The notes under the pieces are model-generated. The model was not told the DNA's origin and did not search any database. It was given only the letters and a program-made list of their open reading frames with translations. Source: Utricularia gibba (taxonomy: Eukaryota > Plantae > Magnoliophyta). Taken from it: a stretch of 64,000 bases of DNA. The stretch lies in NCBI GenBank assembly GCA_002189035.1, contig NEEC01000002.1:4030001-4094000 (forward strand), written 5' to 3'. Of this stretch, positions 1 through 12,692 are shown piece by piece (the first letter of the stretch is position 1; the number at the start of each line of letters is the position of its first letter). The position numbers and the translations under genes were made by a program.

Positions 1-413
1 TTTCATTGTTGGTGTCAAGATAGTGAGCATAGGCACCTCACTTGTAGGAACTTCTTTTGGGCGTAATGCACTTTAACATGGAAATTCACATATGTATATG
101 TCCAAATAGTGGGAACTAAAATTACCTAATATGTAGAAATGTTGAGAACCAATTTTTCCATCAAGACTAAATTTACAATTTTGACCAAATAATGAGAACT
201 AATTTCACCATTACAGAAAATTATGAGGATTATTGGCATCAAAGCCTATCAAATTCAGATTCAACAGATTTTGCATTTTGTTGTACCATGTGAAATTTTT
301 TTAATGTGCCTGATTTGGGTATCTATTGGCCCATTGGGTAATCGTGTGAAATGAAAACCTTAAACAGAGGCCCGGCCTGCGCAAAGAATCCCTTCAGTGT
401 AATTGTGGCAAAA

Positions 414-1165
414 ATGCTCGGTATCGCAGCATCAGCGGCTTGTGTTGTCGTTCCTCCCATCCGCCTCAGCGTGTTCAGGATGTCGTCAGCCGTCGCTTCT
501 GCTAATATCATCGAACACGTCGTCCTCTTCAAAGTCAAACAGGACGCCGATCGGCCGCCGTGGGTGCGATGCTCAGCAACCTCAATTCTCTTGTCTCTCT
601 CGACCCCGTCCTCCATCTCTCCGCCGGTCCTGTTTCTCGCTGCCGAAGCCGGTCTAATCTCACCTTCACCCACATGCTCCACTCTCGGTACAAATCCGCA
701 TCCGATTTGGTCGCCTATGCCCAACACCCCACTCACGTGGGCGTTGTCGCAAACTACGTCAAGCCGGTGGTCGATGACGTTATGGCCGTCGATTGGATCG
801 CCGAGGACTTCACTGGTTCCCCTGTGCTTACTCCTGGGTCGATCTTGCGGCTCACTGCCTTGAAGCTTAAGGAAGACACCACGCAGATAGGTAAAAGCGA
901 GGTTTTGAGGGTTACGCGGGGAATTCGGGACAAGTTCCCGTCAATTGAACAGTTGACAGCAGGGGAGAACTTCTCACCTGATAGAGCCAAAGGGTTTTCC
1001 ATCTGCTCCATTGCAGTTTTCAAGGGAGGAAGGGAACTGGAGGCATTGGATTCGGAGGAGGAAGCAGTCAACGAGGAGAAGAACAAGGTGAGGGAGTTCC
1101 TCGACAGCGTTGTGGTGTTGGATTACCCGGTGGCGCTGGCAGCAAACCCGTCGGCAAGCCTATAG
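414..1165 (+). CDS. Stress-responsive A/B barrel (Dabb) domain protein, UP3-like, single exon, with an apparent 1-bp deletion at ~552
   Basis: Frame A gives IIEHVVLFKVKQDAD. Frame B gives AMLSNLNSLVSLDPVLHLSAGP...FTHMLHSRY...YAQHPTHVGVV...VDDVMAVDW and a second barrel (QLTAGENFSPDRAKGFSICSIAVF). One added C (GAT C[C]G GCC GCC GTG) joins the frames as DADPAAVGAML. Candidate starts are ATG 414 and 480; stop at 1163-1165; C-terminus is ASL. Confidence 0.88.
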
Positions 1166-1447
1166 CCAGCGATTGCAACCAGCACATGCCATTTCTCATG
1201 CTTTCATCCCCAATTACGTCCATGTGATAAATAACGAACATCAATATGTTTCTAATTGCAGTGTCTTCCTTCGTCATATAAAAATAATAGACATATCGAA
1301 CTTTTTTTTTCTAATAGAAGCAGTGCAGTCATTCCGGTGTTCAACAGATAATCCAATTATGATCACAAGAACTCTACATACAAACCAGCAAGTATACGAA
1401 GCAAATAACTATTTCGCATATGAGCACTGGCTTGCTCAGTCTCGCAC

Positions 1448-2674
1448 TTACCTAGTCAGGTAGTATATCACAAGAAAAAAAACCACAAAAGACACCACTA
1501 GCATAAACGTTCTGCGGTTTGATTTGGTCTCAAAAACCTGCATGGACAACAAATTGGATTCCGCAAAATGCCTGAGTTGAAAACAATAAGAAGTTCAAGA
1601 TTGGTTGAAGTTACCATCTTAAATTTATCAAATGTTCCTGACAAAACTCCTCTGGAGGCATCCATATCGTTTCCCTGAACAATATGTGCAAAATCGTAGT
1701 AAACCCACTAAAAGGAATTGGATAAACTTAAGCAACTACATACCATTCTGTCAAGCATGCGATTGTGGACCTCAACCTCTTCGTTTATGTCACCAGAAAG
1801 CTGTTCAAGAAATGCGTCCTCAGCATCAAAGCCAACTTGCGTTACCCAAAAAATGACCTATTTCTAAACATACTAGGAAATCCACCTTGCTATACAGTAC
1901 ACATGGTGTACATATATTTATTGAGTGTTAATTGCAACTGCGTTTTAATAGATCAATCAAAATATAAATCTCTTTCTTTCATGGAAAAAAACTCAATGTA
2001 GCTGAATAAAAACCGCAGAATCACATCTAATAAACCCATGCTTGTATCCGATTATTAACATTCCATCACTCTTTGAAGTGTGAATACTACGTTTTATGCA
2101 GCAGTATAGCAATTAGTGAAAGGAAAAAAAGTTCATATGCGGCGGCACCCATCTGCGGGCACAATATCCTGATTGAAAAGGATGTTATGCTGAGTTATCC
2201 ATAAAGAAAACACAGTAAGATTTCTCAGAAGAAAAAAGAGCCTTCATCTAAACATATCGCCTAGAAGACGTACCCTCTTCAACAGGTTCACTCGATCTTC
2301 CAGTCCATCAATTGCTGTGTCATTTTCATGCTCAGCAATATCATGAGAATAATAAGATGAAGCCCTTATGCCTCCTTCCTCGATGCCATCGAAAAGGGCA
2401 GATCTGGCATTACGCTCCCTGCAAACATGGAAAATCTAGACGTGAGGACGTAGATGCTAAAAATTACACGATACAGATTAATGATGCTAAAATTTCATAA
2501 AAAATGACACAATACAAACAGATGGATGCCAAAAACTTGCTATAACTCTCACAACTGTGCAACCAAAATCCCCGTATGATATTGACAAATTGGGAGATTT
2601 CAAACAGATTAGGTCATCCCAGTTTCTCGAGGCAGAAAATAAAAGAGCGCGAGCAGAAACCTTCTGGAATTCAT
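1448..2674 (-). CDS. BET1: BET1-like Qc-SNARE (BET11/BS14-like), 121 aa
   Basis: Exons 2674-2661, 2418-2274, 1800-1744, 1674-1615 and 1537-1448, all GT-AG and phase-consistent (366 nt). Translation: MNSRRERNARSALFDGIEEGGIRASSYYSHDIAEHENDTAIDGLEDRVNLLKRLSGDINEEVEVHNRMLDRMGNDMDASRGVLSGTFDKFKMVFETKSNRRTFMLVVSFVVFFLVIYYLTR, i.e. a SNARE motif plus C-terminal TM anchor. Probable 5'UTR intron at ~2721-2836. The ORF track misses this gene. Confidence 0.95.
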
Positions 2675-5600
2675 ATCGACAAATTGGGAGATTTCAAAAT
2701 GAGAGACGCGGCGCGCGATTCTGCATCAAACTCAAATACAGTTATGGTGTGAGGGAAAACCAAAAAGCCTTGAAAGCAGACCGGGTTGCTCGGTTCAAAT
2801 TTAGGGATCCGTGAAGAGTAAGAGTCAGAAAATTACCAAATTATAAGAACAAAAAAAGCGAGCGGAAATCGGCGAAACTCCGGTGGAAACTTCAGCTCCG
2901 GGGACAATCAGAGAGAGCCACTACAACGCAACATCGAGATGTATAAAAACAGTAGCCATGAAATGGAAGGTTGACTGACACCCGCACCGGTTCGTTTGGT
3001 TGGGCCTTGGACTGCGGCAGCGGGATACCTTTTCGGATCTCTTAAGGCAGCATTTATCTACACAACACAAAAGTATTCTACATAGGGAAGGAAAAGGCAA
3101 GAGCTTCAATTTATTCAGTATAACTGAAATCGAATATGATGCATTAACTCATTGCCTCCAAATCTATCAATAACAATTCCTAGCTGCAAACGCCAAGGAG
3201 TATCCATGTTCGCAATGGGCAAAATTTGCTAAATCCTAGTGTTAGATAAGAGATATATGAAATAATATGTAATATTAGTTTTAATTTGAAAAATATCGAA
3301 GACTATTTTCTGGAAAAAAAAAATAATATAATAGTTTTAAAGATTATAATAACTAATACAATTCATTATTAATAACGATATTAAGAAAACTACATTAATA
3401 AAACAAATTAAAAAAAAATTTAAAAAAATATAATGTATTAGGTAATAAATGATATAAGTTATTTACAAAATAAAAAAAGTATAATAACAAATATTAATAA
3501 AATATTTTGAAATTTGAAAAAAAAATAACAAATTAATATAAAAATTTAAAAAAATTTAAAAAAATTTAAAAAAATTGTCAACATTCCTTTTGGAAGTTGA
3601 GCAGAATTTTTATTTGCCTGTTTAGTCGGAATTATGTAGGTATAAATTTTTTTTAATAAGTAATAACTTATTATAATAAACGATTTATTATAGTAAATTT
3701 TAAATTTTAAATATTAAATTTTAAAATAATATTTTTAAAATATGAAACAAGGAAAAAAGAATTTAAATATTACATAAGAAAAAATAAATTTTAAAAAATT
3801 TTAAAATATAACAAATTGAATGAAATTTATATTATTATTCTGCATTTTTTCAATATCATTTATCAACCTTACAATATCAATTATCTTTAGTCATATGCTC
3901 TTCCCTAAATCCCCGCAACATAACATAAATTATTTGTTCACAATTTCTATGTTAAAACATATTGTTAATGTGAATCACTTCATTTTTTTCTCAATATCTT
4001 GGCTACAAGTGGTGCAATAGTGTTTAGTTTATGTTGGGTTTTTCCAATTGAAGTTATCTTTGTGTGAAATTTGACAATTTCTATAACAAAAATGCTACTT
4101 CACTTTATGAGTAGCTCTTCTTCATCAGTTTTTTTTTAAATTTCTTATTCCATTCAAGTATAATGAGTAAGGTACTCGTCAAAGTGTTCTACGAAGAAAA
4201 TCTAATGCAAGATAGATCTAAATACATTAGATACGATAGAGATCTTATAAAAATCATTAAGGTTAAATGCAAATCTTCCCTAAATAAACTTGTTGAAATT
4301 ATAGGTAATATACTTGATAGCACCATTTTTATTGTATTTTCTTATGTGTTTTTAGGGGTATTTTATAGGGTAAAATGTTGTTTAGTATGCTAAATTGTCT
4401 CTTTTGTATATTTAGTTTTCTAAAATATGTTTATTATGAAAACAGGCTCAATTGACAACAATTGAGCCGAAAACTCTCATTTTTCCTCTAGTCTGTGTTG
4501 AATTCTTAACAGAGTAAGAGCTAGTATTAACATCACATTTTATGCAGTGACAAGTTAAAAGAGACAGAAAAACTGTGCAATAATTACTTTTCTTCGAAAG
4601 CGGCCACCTTATGAAAAGATAAGATTTGGAGCAGAAATCTTCATTTTAAAAGCTTAAGGAAAAGACGAAGATACCCTTACTTTGAGTGGGAAAAGACAAT
4701 AAGAAGAAAGAGAGAGAATACATTAAATAGTAAGGAGAGTGAATAGGGAAAACGGTGGTTCTCTAGCGAACGTCTCCGGCCTTCAAATCTACATTTCTCC
4801 ACTAGATTTCCGTCCACAACTTTCATTTTCAGCAGATCTACGATCAAGAGAGCAATCGCTGGACATTTTATTTCAATTTTCTACACTTCTATTTCTATTG
4901 TTGAATTTGCTACTATTACTTTCTACGTTTTCATGCTTTATGTTACGTTTATGGTGCTTTGGTGTCAACAAAAAATATCCTGTAGACTTTATTTCAGCTT
5001 ATGAACTTGTTTATATTTAAGTTCTTCATTTTTTAGTTCTTGAGTTCAACATGTTTACTGTTCCCACAATCATTTGCCCTGTTTTTAAGCATGCTAAAAT
5101 TAGGTTTAAGCTTATAGTTTCTCTTGAATGATATAAGGGTTAGATGTTGTTATAAAACCCAACCAAGACTCCTTTACTTTATATTTTCTATGTGACTTTG
5201 TTATTTTCTGTGTTTATTTACCCTTGCAATTGTTCATTTTAACTGTTGTTATTTTAAGTCTTATACACATGAGAGCTAAATCCCCAGAAAACCTCATTGT
5301 TTTCAGTAAATGTAAAGGACTTCAAGAAATTATAACTATTCCCTATGAATTCAACTCTTGCTTACTACTATATTAATTTCTATGATTTGTGTAGTAAAAT
5401 AGCTAGGTATACGAATTTCTTTTGATGCATTAAATGTGATAGTCCGCGACATTTAGCAAATGAGTTCTAATGTTCATCAATCCTCCAAATATCACCCTCG
5501 CATATTCAGTTTACATTAAATGAAAAGTTCTATGATGCCAAATCCGAAAATACAAATTTTATAAAAATTTCAAGTACCAATATAACAATGAATATGTTCC

Positions 5601-5949
5601 AGATGAAATATATGATAGAAGGGGCATGCAAATCAAATTTATAAAATCTCAACAGCCCCTTTCAAAGATTTTGAGTTAAAGGAAGCAATATATGCTAATA
5701 ATAATTTCTCATACATCAATGAATTTGACTCTGAGGATAATGAAATTATGGTGATTTCCAATCATCTATGAAAAATAACTTTCGAAATACAAATTGAATC
5801 ATTGGATCATATGGAATTCTTGTATACCAATGATATTGATATACCCATTCATAATAATTTATATGCCAAGGGATCAAATCAATTACGACACTGGATGTAT
5901 TTTCCAGATAAATAAACCTTTCTTGATGCAATTATTCTCTATAATACTT

Positions 5950-7150
5950 CTATATAACACACCTAGAGACATATGCTTGCATTTGTCATCAAACAAAAAA
6001 ACAAAACTTCTAATTGTACATTCTATCTATGAGCAGGACTTCAAACATGATGAAACACACTGAAGATCTTGAAGCTTGTACAACCGTATACGTGCAATGT
6101 CACAACTGATCTTGCAACATTCCATGTTAACTTTAGAATTAAGTTCATTGCACCACATTTTTTGGGTTATGGCAAAGTAAATGCTAAGTTTGTGCAAGCC
6201 TATGTACACCAGAAATGGCATTATGAGATATTCTATTGTCATGCATGAGCATATATAACTAGAGCTTATGAGATACACAATAGAACATAATAAACTTTTA
6301 TAATTGAGCTATCGCTATATGTAAGAGAGCTTCTCACTCAAAACCCAAGCACAATTGTCATATGGCGTCATAGTGGAGATCAAAATGAGAAGAAAATGTC
6401 CGAAATATGGTTTGGGCTATCAGGTTTGCTATTGAAATTTTGGAATTTTCAATATGTGTTTTGTGTTGATGTAACTTAACTATACAGATGATACAATTAC
6501 AAGTTGTTGATTTGTTAGCAACTATGTCTTCCCAGTTACCGATGCATTTGCATATGGAGAGTCAACTGAGGATTAAGAATTTTTTATCTGTAATCTTACC
6601 AATCATGTTATTCATGATCGAAAAGATGTTTGTACCATTAGTGATTGTGTTTCTTGGTTAACCAGTGTTTACGATATTCACAAGTGCTTTAGCCTTCCCT
6701 ATGACATACCTTGATGGTGCAATTTTCATATAAAAAAATAATATGGTGCATATTCATTCGAAATCAAAGAACTTGGGACAATGAATCAAAAGAGTTTTCT
6801 ATATTAGAACTAAGGCTGATTTCAATATGAACATGTGCAAGATTGCAAGATATTCGATTGAGTTCAATCACTATTTAGAAAGAATATTCAAGGAGTGGAC
6901 ATTACTTTACGATACTGGGCATGAGTAAAAATTTTGCTTTCTTGTTAATTTTACTTACTTTAACTAACATGTTTTCTCAAACTACAGGCAAACACTCATG
7001 ACTGCAAATCCCATTGAGTGTATGAGCAACATTTTACGATTTGGGGTCAACATTTAGTGCAAACATACAAAGTTAATGTTGGAGATCAAGCTTTTGATTG
7101 CAATATATGATAGATAGATAGATATTATTGTTCTCATGCACAAATGGTAA
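5950..7150 (+). mobile_element. Degenerate Mutator/MULE transposase (pseudogene remnant); element ends not identified
   Basis: Motif remnants in MuDR order across frames and stops: LLTQNPSTIVIW, MVWAIRFAIE, NYVFPVTDAFAYGESTED (~6520), NHVIHDRKDVCTISD, ADFNMNMCKIAR...YLERIFKEWTLLYDTG (~6810-6920), a probable intron, then TLMTANPIECMSNILR (~7000). Confidence 0.7.
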
Positions 7151-8591
7151 ACCCTATAAAATTAGTTAGTACAATTATTTAAAAATCAACATGCTAATAA
7201 ACATTTAATTCTATAGAATTGTCATCGATTCCAATTAAATTCTATACTGAAAGCAAGTGAGTATTACCTACCATCGAACTTAGTGAATATATATAGAGGT
7301 GATGTTCGCCACATACATGATGAGAGCCTATGACTGGAATCAATATTCAAATTCATTCTTAACTCATCAAGAGGAAGAATAAAGTTAGATAATGACCAAA
7401 CAACCAGACTCAGAGGATCAATAGATTTCCATTAAAGAGGAAGTCGAAAGTCAAGAATACATAAATTAATAAAAAAGAGACATATGTTAGACAAGAAGAT
7501 GGTCTTCTAACAAACTCATTCTTGCTTGTTAACCCAACTTACAAACATTTGTCATTTAAAGGAGTGCAACTCACTCAACCAAGGGCAAATATTTTGGTTG
7601 GTCGACTATCGTTATCATCTTTCCACTCAATTCAATTGTTATTCACTAATAACATTATGGTTGACAATTGAGCTACATAATCACATCGTACTTCTCTTTT
7701 TGAAAAGATAAAAAATACATTTATATGAGACAAATAGAAATAAATTGTAGAATTCATAAATTATGTTGTCATATTCTTGTTGTTGTTTAATTTCATAAAA
7801 TACATCACTAAAATAAAAAATATACAAAATTATTTCAAAATTATCTAAATAACTTATTTTATATTTTAAGTTCAATTATCAGTAAATTTGAGTTTCATAT
7901 AAATTTTACAAATTTATATGAATTTTAAAAATAAATTTATGAATTAATATTATACATTTTAACACATTTTACTAATAAAACATTAATTAATTTACTGTAT
8001 ATTACATAATGTTGTTTTTACGTTAAATCAATATTACGTGATATTAATTCATATTATTTTGTAGGTATACTTTATGAATTAATATGAATAAATTTTAAAT
8101 TTACGCATTTAATGCATAATTCATTAATTAACGGTGTTTTAATATTTTTTTTTATAAAGCATTAATCTTTTATCATTGAAATACCAGTATTTTGTAAGGG
8201 AATTCGTATATCTAACGTATTTTATAAATAAAAAAAATAAGATTATTTAAAAATTAGAAAAACAGTTAAGATAAAATACCAAACAAAAACACTGAACACA
8301 CGTGAACCACCAATTCTCTCATCCGCAAATGCAATGGATGAAGAACATCCATCTCGTGATTCATCCATACAAGTCCACCTTGCTAGATGATAGGTAGAAG
8401 TACACCCTGAGCACCTGGGCACCCAATTTTTCACGTATACGTAGAAGACGGATAATTTCTTCGTTGGGACAAAAGAGCTGTTGCAATCACAATTACAAAT
8501 GTTCTTCAGTGTAAGAATTTAAATTATATATATATACTTGGGACAATCTACAGGAGGAATGAACCGAGCTCACCATGCTTGTTTATGTTAA

Positions 8592-11500
8592 TCAATCTTC
8601 TCCACCGCAACAAGCAGCACAGCAGGTGTAGCAACCCAAGCAAGCCAGGGCTCCACACAGCTGAGTGAAGGCGACTGCGCATTGATCATTCATCTTTGAA
8701 CACGCCTGAATGCCGCACATGCAGCAGCACTGATCGCAGAGCTGTCCGCAGCAGTTAGAGGCTGCCTTTACGAAAGCCTCTGCCGCATCCGGGGGTATCA
8801 CTTCCACAGATCCTGGAGGAATGTTCTCCTTTGTGGCATTGAGGTCACCAAAACCAAGCCCCAGATTGTCCAGTGTGAAACAAATATTTCGATGATTAGC
8901 ATCCTCTGCCTTGTGAGGTTCAGCTTTGCTAGAGAAAGCCTGCAATTTCTCCAGCATGAGCACTTCATAGTCAAACACACGCATTTTCAAAGATTAAGAA
9001 GAGACTGGCCTTTTTCTTGTTGGCTTCAGCAACACATTTTCCCTTCTCTGTCTCAAACAAAGCCATGGTCGCATATTCAGATACAACAGCACTTTGGACG
9101 CTGATTTTAGCAATCTGCCAACGAATGAAAATGAACTGGATGAAACAACTAACAGTTTTGGGTTTGCATGTGACTTAAGATTCCCAAGCAGCAGTTGTCA
9201 TTAGATTGTTCATTTGCGTACCTTTTTTTCGAGCTCCTTGTCTTCCCAACACCAGGCTTGCGCCGTGAGCACCTCAATATGATGTTTGGCTATAATCTGT
9301 GATGAAAAGGAACCCAAATGAAGCCATCATTCTCAATGAACAGGGCAAAAAAATAAGAAAGAATTTCTAAATACTGTCACCTTATCAATGGGAATATCAT
9401 TTCCATCTTCAACTTTCAGGTCCCAAGACGATTTACTCCCATCTGCAAGAACGCCCTTAACTCTTATAGTTCCAGGAAATTTTCCGTGATATCTGGCTGA
9501 GAAAATCAATGGGCTCTCAGAAGAAAGATCCGGAAGTTGAGATGGAAAGACCTACATGAAACATCATCTCGTTAAAATGTCTATAATGAGCAGTGGATGG
9601 GCACACATGATCTAAGAAAGAAAAAAATTAGTTCCAAGAGTCAAACACCCATGAATGTGATTAATGTATCCTGTAGCATGATGCCCTAGGTTGCTCCAAA
9701 GTCAAACCATTAGGCGATATTTATTCACTAGTAAGACATCTACTAGTAGTATCTCAATAAACTTAAGTACCGCAAGAACCCCTCATTGTCCATAGCATAT
9801 TCCAATTTCCATTACGAAATAAAAAATCCTCCTCTGGCAGTTTTGGAATTTGATTATTATTTCAGGGAATGTTCCAGCTTTTATAGCTTTTATACAAATA
9901 ATAAATTAAATGGCACTTGCAACAAAAAAGTGTTATCTACTCTTCCATATCCCTTTGGGTGTAAGAAGTGGTTCTTTGGCCTGAATATTGTGCAGTGTGT
10001 GAATAAGGGAGTCCTAGTTTTCTTAAATGACATGCATGCAATGACCTTTTCGAAGGGCATACAGAATTACTTGCAAGTAATCTACCTCCAAATCAAAAAG
10101 TTCATCAATATTCTCAAGTGTAGTGTTTGCAAGGAAGATTGATGAAGCTCTTGCAAACAATCTTTCTGCTCGAACTTCAACATTATCTGCAAAATGAAAT
10201 GAAAAAAAAAACGAATTCACAAAAACGAAACAAACATCAGCTGAGATTGTTTTAAGGAAAGAAAAAAAGCACACACCTAGATCAATGGCGGCTTCATGAT
10301 GTCCCCTGCTAATCAATGCAAGCATGCGGAGAAAATAGTTATTGCAAAAGGTACCTTGAATATAAAATAATAATGTAGAAAAAAAAAGTTAGTTTAATTA
10401 TAATTACATCTTGGCTGCTTTGAGGTGCTTATGAAAATACATACCAATACCCAGTGTACATATTCTAGGAGCAAGATCCTTTTTATTTGTTATATGGCCT
10501 TTTACAACTTCACAAATATTTCTCTCATCTTCCACAGTTCCATCAGTAATGAGAAAAATAATGGGGATCGTTCTGGAATCACCGGAGAAAAGCTCAAGTG
10601 CCTGAAAGATTGGGATATGTATGTCAAGAGTTCCAACCCAAAAAAAAACTGATCAAAATGCCAAATCCCCAAATAACACAAGCAACATACATGAAAGCAC
10701 AGAAATCTCAAGCTAACATTCACTCAGTATTACAGTCTTCAGTTTAATCGTTTTCCCTTTAAAGGGGTATTTGGGTGAAAAGATACGCATATAAATGTAA
10801 AAATTCACATAATAGTTTGAGGGACTGCGATACCTGAAGAAGAGGATGCAGAATATTGGTGCCACCACCAGCAACGAAATTTGAGTTAATCCATTGGGTT
10901 GCTTTCTCAATGACAACTGCAGATGCTTCTTCCATTTGAGACGAAAATGTTAAAACTTTTCCATTGAATCCAATGACGTTAAAGAAGTCCCCAGGATTAA
11001 GTTTTCTAAGAGCAGAGAAAAGGGACACTTTAATGTCTTCAAGTGGTTTGCCTCTCATACTTCCACTTATATCAACAGCAAACACAACTTCCTTCCTAAA
11101 AGCCTGCAAGAAAATTCAATCTTATTCAGTGAGCTTTAGAAACAACTAAAAAATTGCATCCTATTTTCATGGGTACATATTTTAAAAATTGTATGCTATA
11201 GAAAGTGTTATAGCTCACATTTAGCTTTAGGTTTTGAGGATAAATACAGCACAAGAACATGTCTCTACGATCAGCATCATGACCCGGGAAGAACTTAAAA
11301 GTAGAGCACCAATAGAGTGACTTGGAGACACCTGGAAAAAAAAAAAGGACTCACATCAGTTGGCGCAGTTACAAAATCTCACCATATTCAAAAGGGGTGC
11401 TTCTTATAAGGTTGTCAAAAAAGTTTAATTTTCCATCATGAGACCATCAAACAACTAACTTACAGCAAAAGAAAACGAAAAGCCACTGCATGACCATGAT

Positions 11501-12692
11501 AGAACATCAGCCTCATACACGAAGCTCAATTTTCCTGCTTCCCATGGTCGTTTCTAATATCACCAAGAGTAAAAAAGGAGTCATATGAAACCATTTGTAA
11601 TCTTAACAAGCAGAAAAGAATAAGATATTCAGTACCTTTAGTGGATGACTAGTTGTTCTGCATAGAAGTTCATTATCTGAACCAGCAAAGATGTTCAATA
11701 ATATCTTTTCCCTTTTGGAGATCTTTTTGGCAGCCGGCGTCACATATTCAGGAAACTGAAACGGAACTAGTAAGGTGAATTCCCCATCGCAGAATAGCAG
11801 TTTTTGAGACCATCTAACTTTTACTGATATATTCGTTCCTCCATCAATCTAAAATAAAATCACATAAAAAATCCCATGAATAATGAATGATCCTGGTGAG
11901 TTAAAGCGTAATATTTAATAAGAATACTTACCTGTGGGATTGTGAGAGTAAAAATATTTGATTTTAGAAAGCCACCATTCCGGGTCATGGACAAGCCATG
12001 TTTGTCTTGACCCTTTTCTTTGTCAGCGGCGATTTGTTGAGTGCTGTATGATATTCTAGGAACTTCAACCTCCACACCTAGAATTGAACCCTGTTAGCCA
12101 AGTAATATGCCTCTTGAGAACCAAAATGACATCGAGTTACAACTTTGAAGCAGGGAAACAAAATGAAGGCAAATACAGCAGATAACTGAAAATCAAACTT
12201 TCGGAAAAATAATTATCTTTCAGCGCAAGAAAATATTTTGACAATGTAAAAAGAAAAAAAAAGGAAAAAGAAAGTGATTTCAACTCAGAGAGAAGCTACC
12301 TCTTCACCCATTGGAATTGCGATACGGCAATCACAGGCTCGGCTGCCCATAACGCAATGCACCCGCCATGATCCCGCGAGTGTCACAAAAGCAGTATCGA
12401 GATAACAATCAATCTCAAGAGAAATCCCGTTCATTTGGAGCGGAAGCAGAGCAGGGGGGTCCAATCGGCCGTGCACGTGAGGCTGGTAGCTGGGCATATC
12501 CGGGTTGTCGACGATCGAGGGATCGGAGATGATCGCGTAAAGCATTGGTGATGTGGGGAGATAGGAAAAGCGGGATTCCCTCTCCATGGCCGTGGGCGGT
12601 TTAGGCGGCGCAACCGCCCTGTCCTTGCCGAAATATATCCTCTTGGAAAGGCGCAGTCCATCCTCTACCGCGGCCTCAAAGTCCTCCGCCAT
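8592..12692 (-). CDS. VIT/von Willebrand factor A domain protein (inter-alpha-trypsin inhibitor heavy chain-like), ~757 aa, 13 exons, apparent 1-bp deletion in exon 5
   Basis: Exons 12692-12300, 12090-11932, 11848-11636, 11553-11464, 11331-11219, 11103-10834, 10601-10445, 10354-10277, 10186-10086, 9551-9381, 9296-9222, 9114-9010 and 8939-8592. N-terminus MAEDFEAAVEDGLRLSKRIYFGKDR; MIDAS motif VVFAVDISGSM; GGGTNI; IFLITDG; Cys-rich C-terminus. Exon 5 is 113 nt where 114 is needed. The last intron is GC-AG. Confidence 0.9.

Noticed and set aside
323-863. ORF-track entries 323-736(-), 403-657(+) and the tail of 351-863(+) as separate proteins
   Set aside because: They are shadow frames of the GC-rich UP3-like gene. 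Only the N-terminal part of 351-863 is real coding sequence.
3240-3830. Very AT-rich tracts with short internal repeats (also 7700-8260, 25150-25450 and 42100-42560)
   Set aside because: Probably MITE or low-complexity interiors, but I could not identify paired TIRs or TSDs, so they are not annotated.
10441-10500. Suspected fourth frameshift in VWA exon 7
   Set aside because: Recounting the A run gives TNKKDLAPRICTLGIG in frame; the exon length of 157 nt is phase-consistent.
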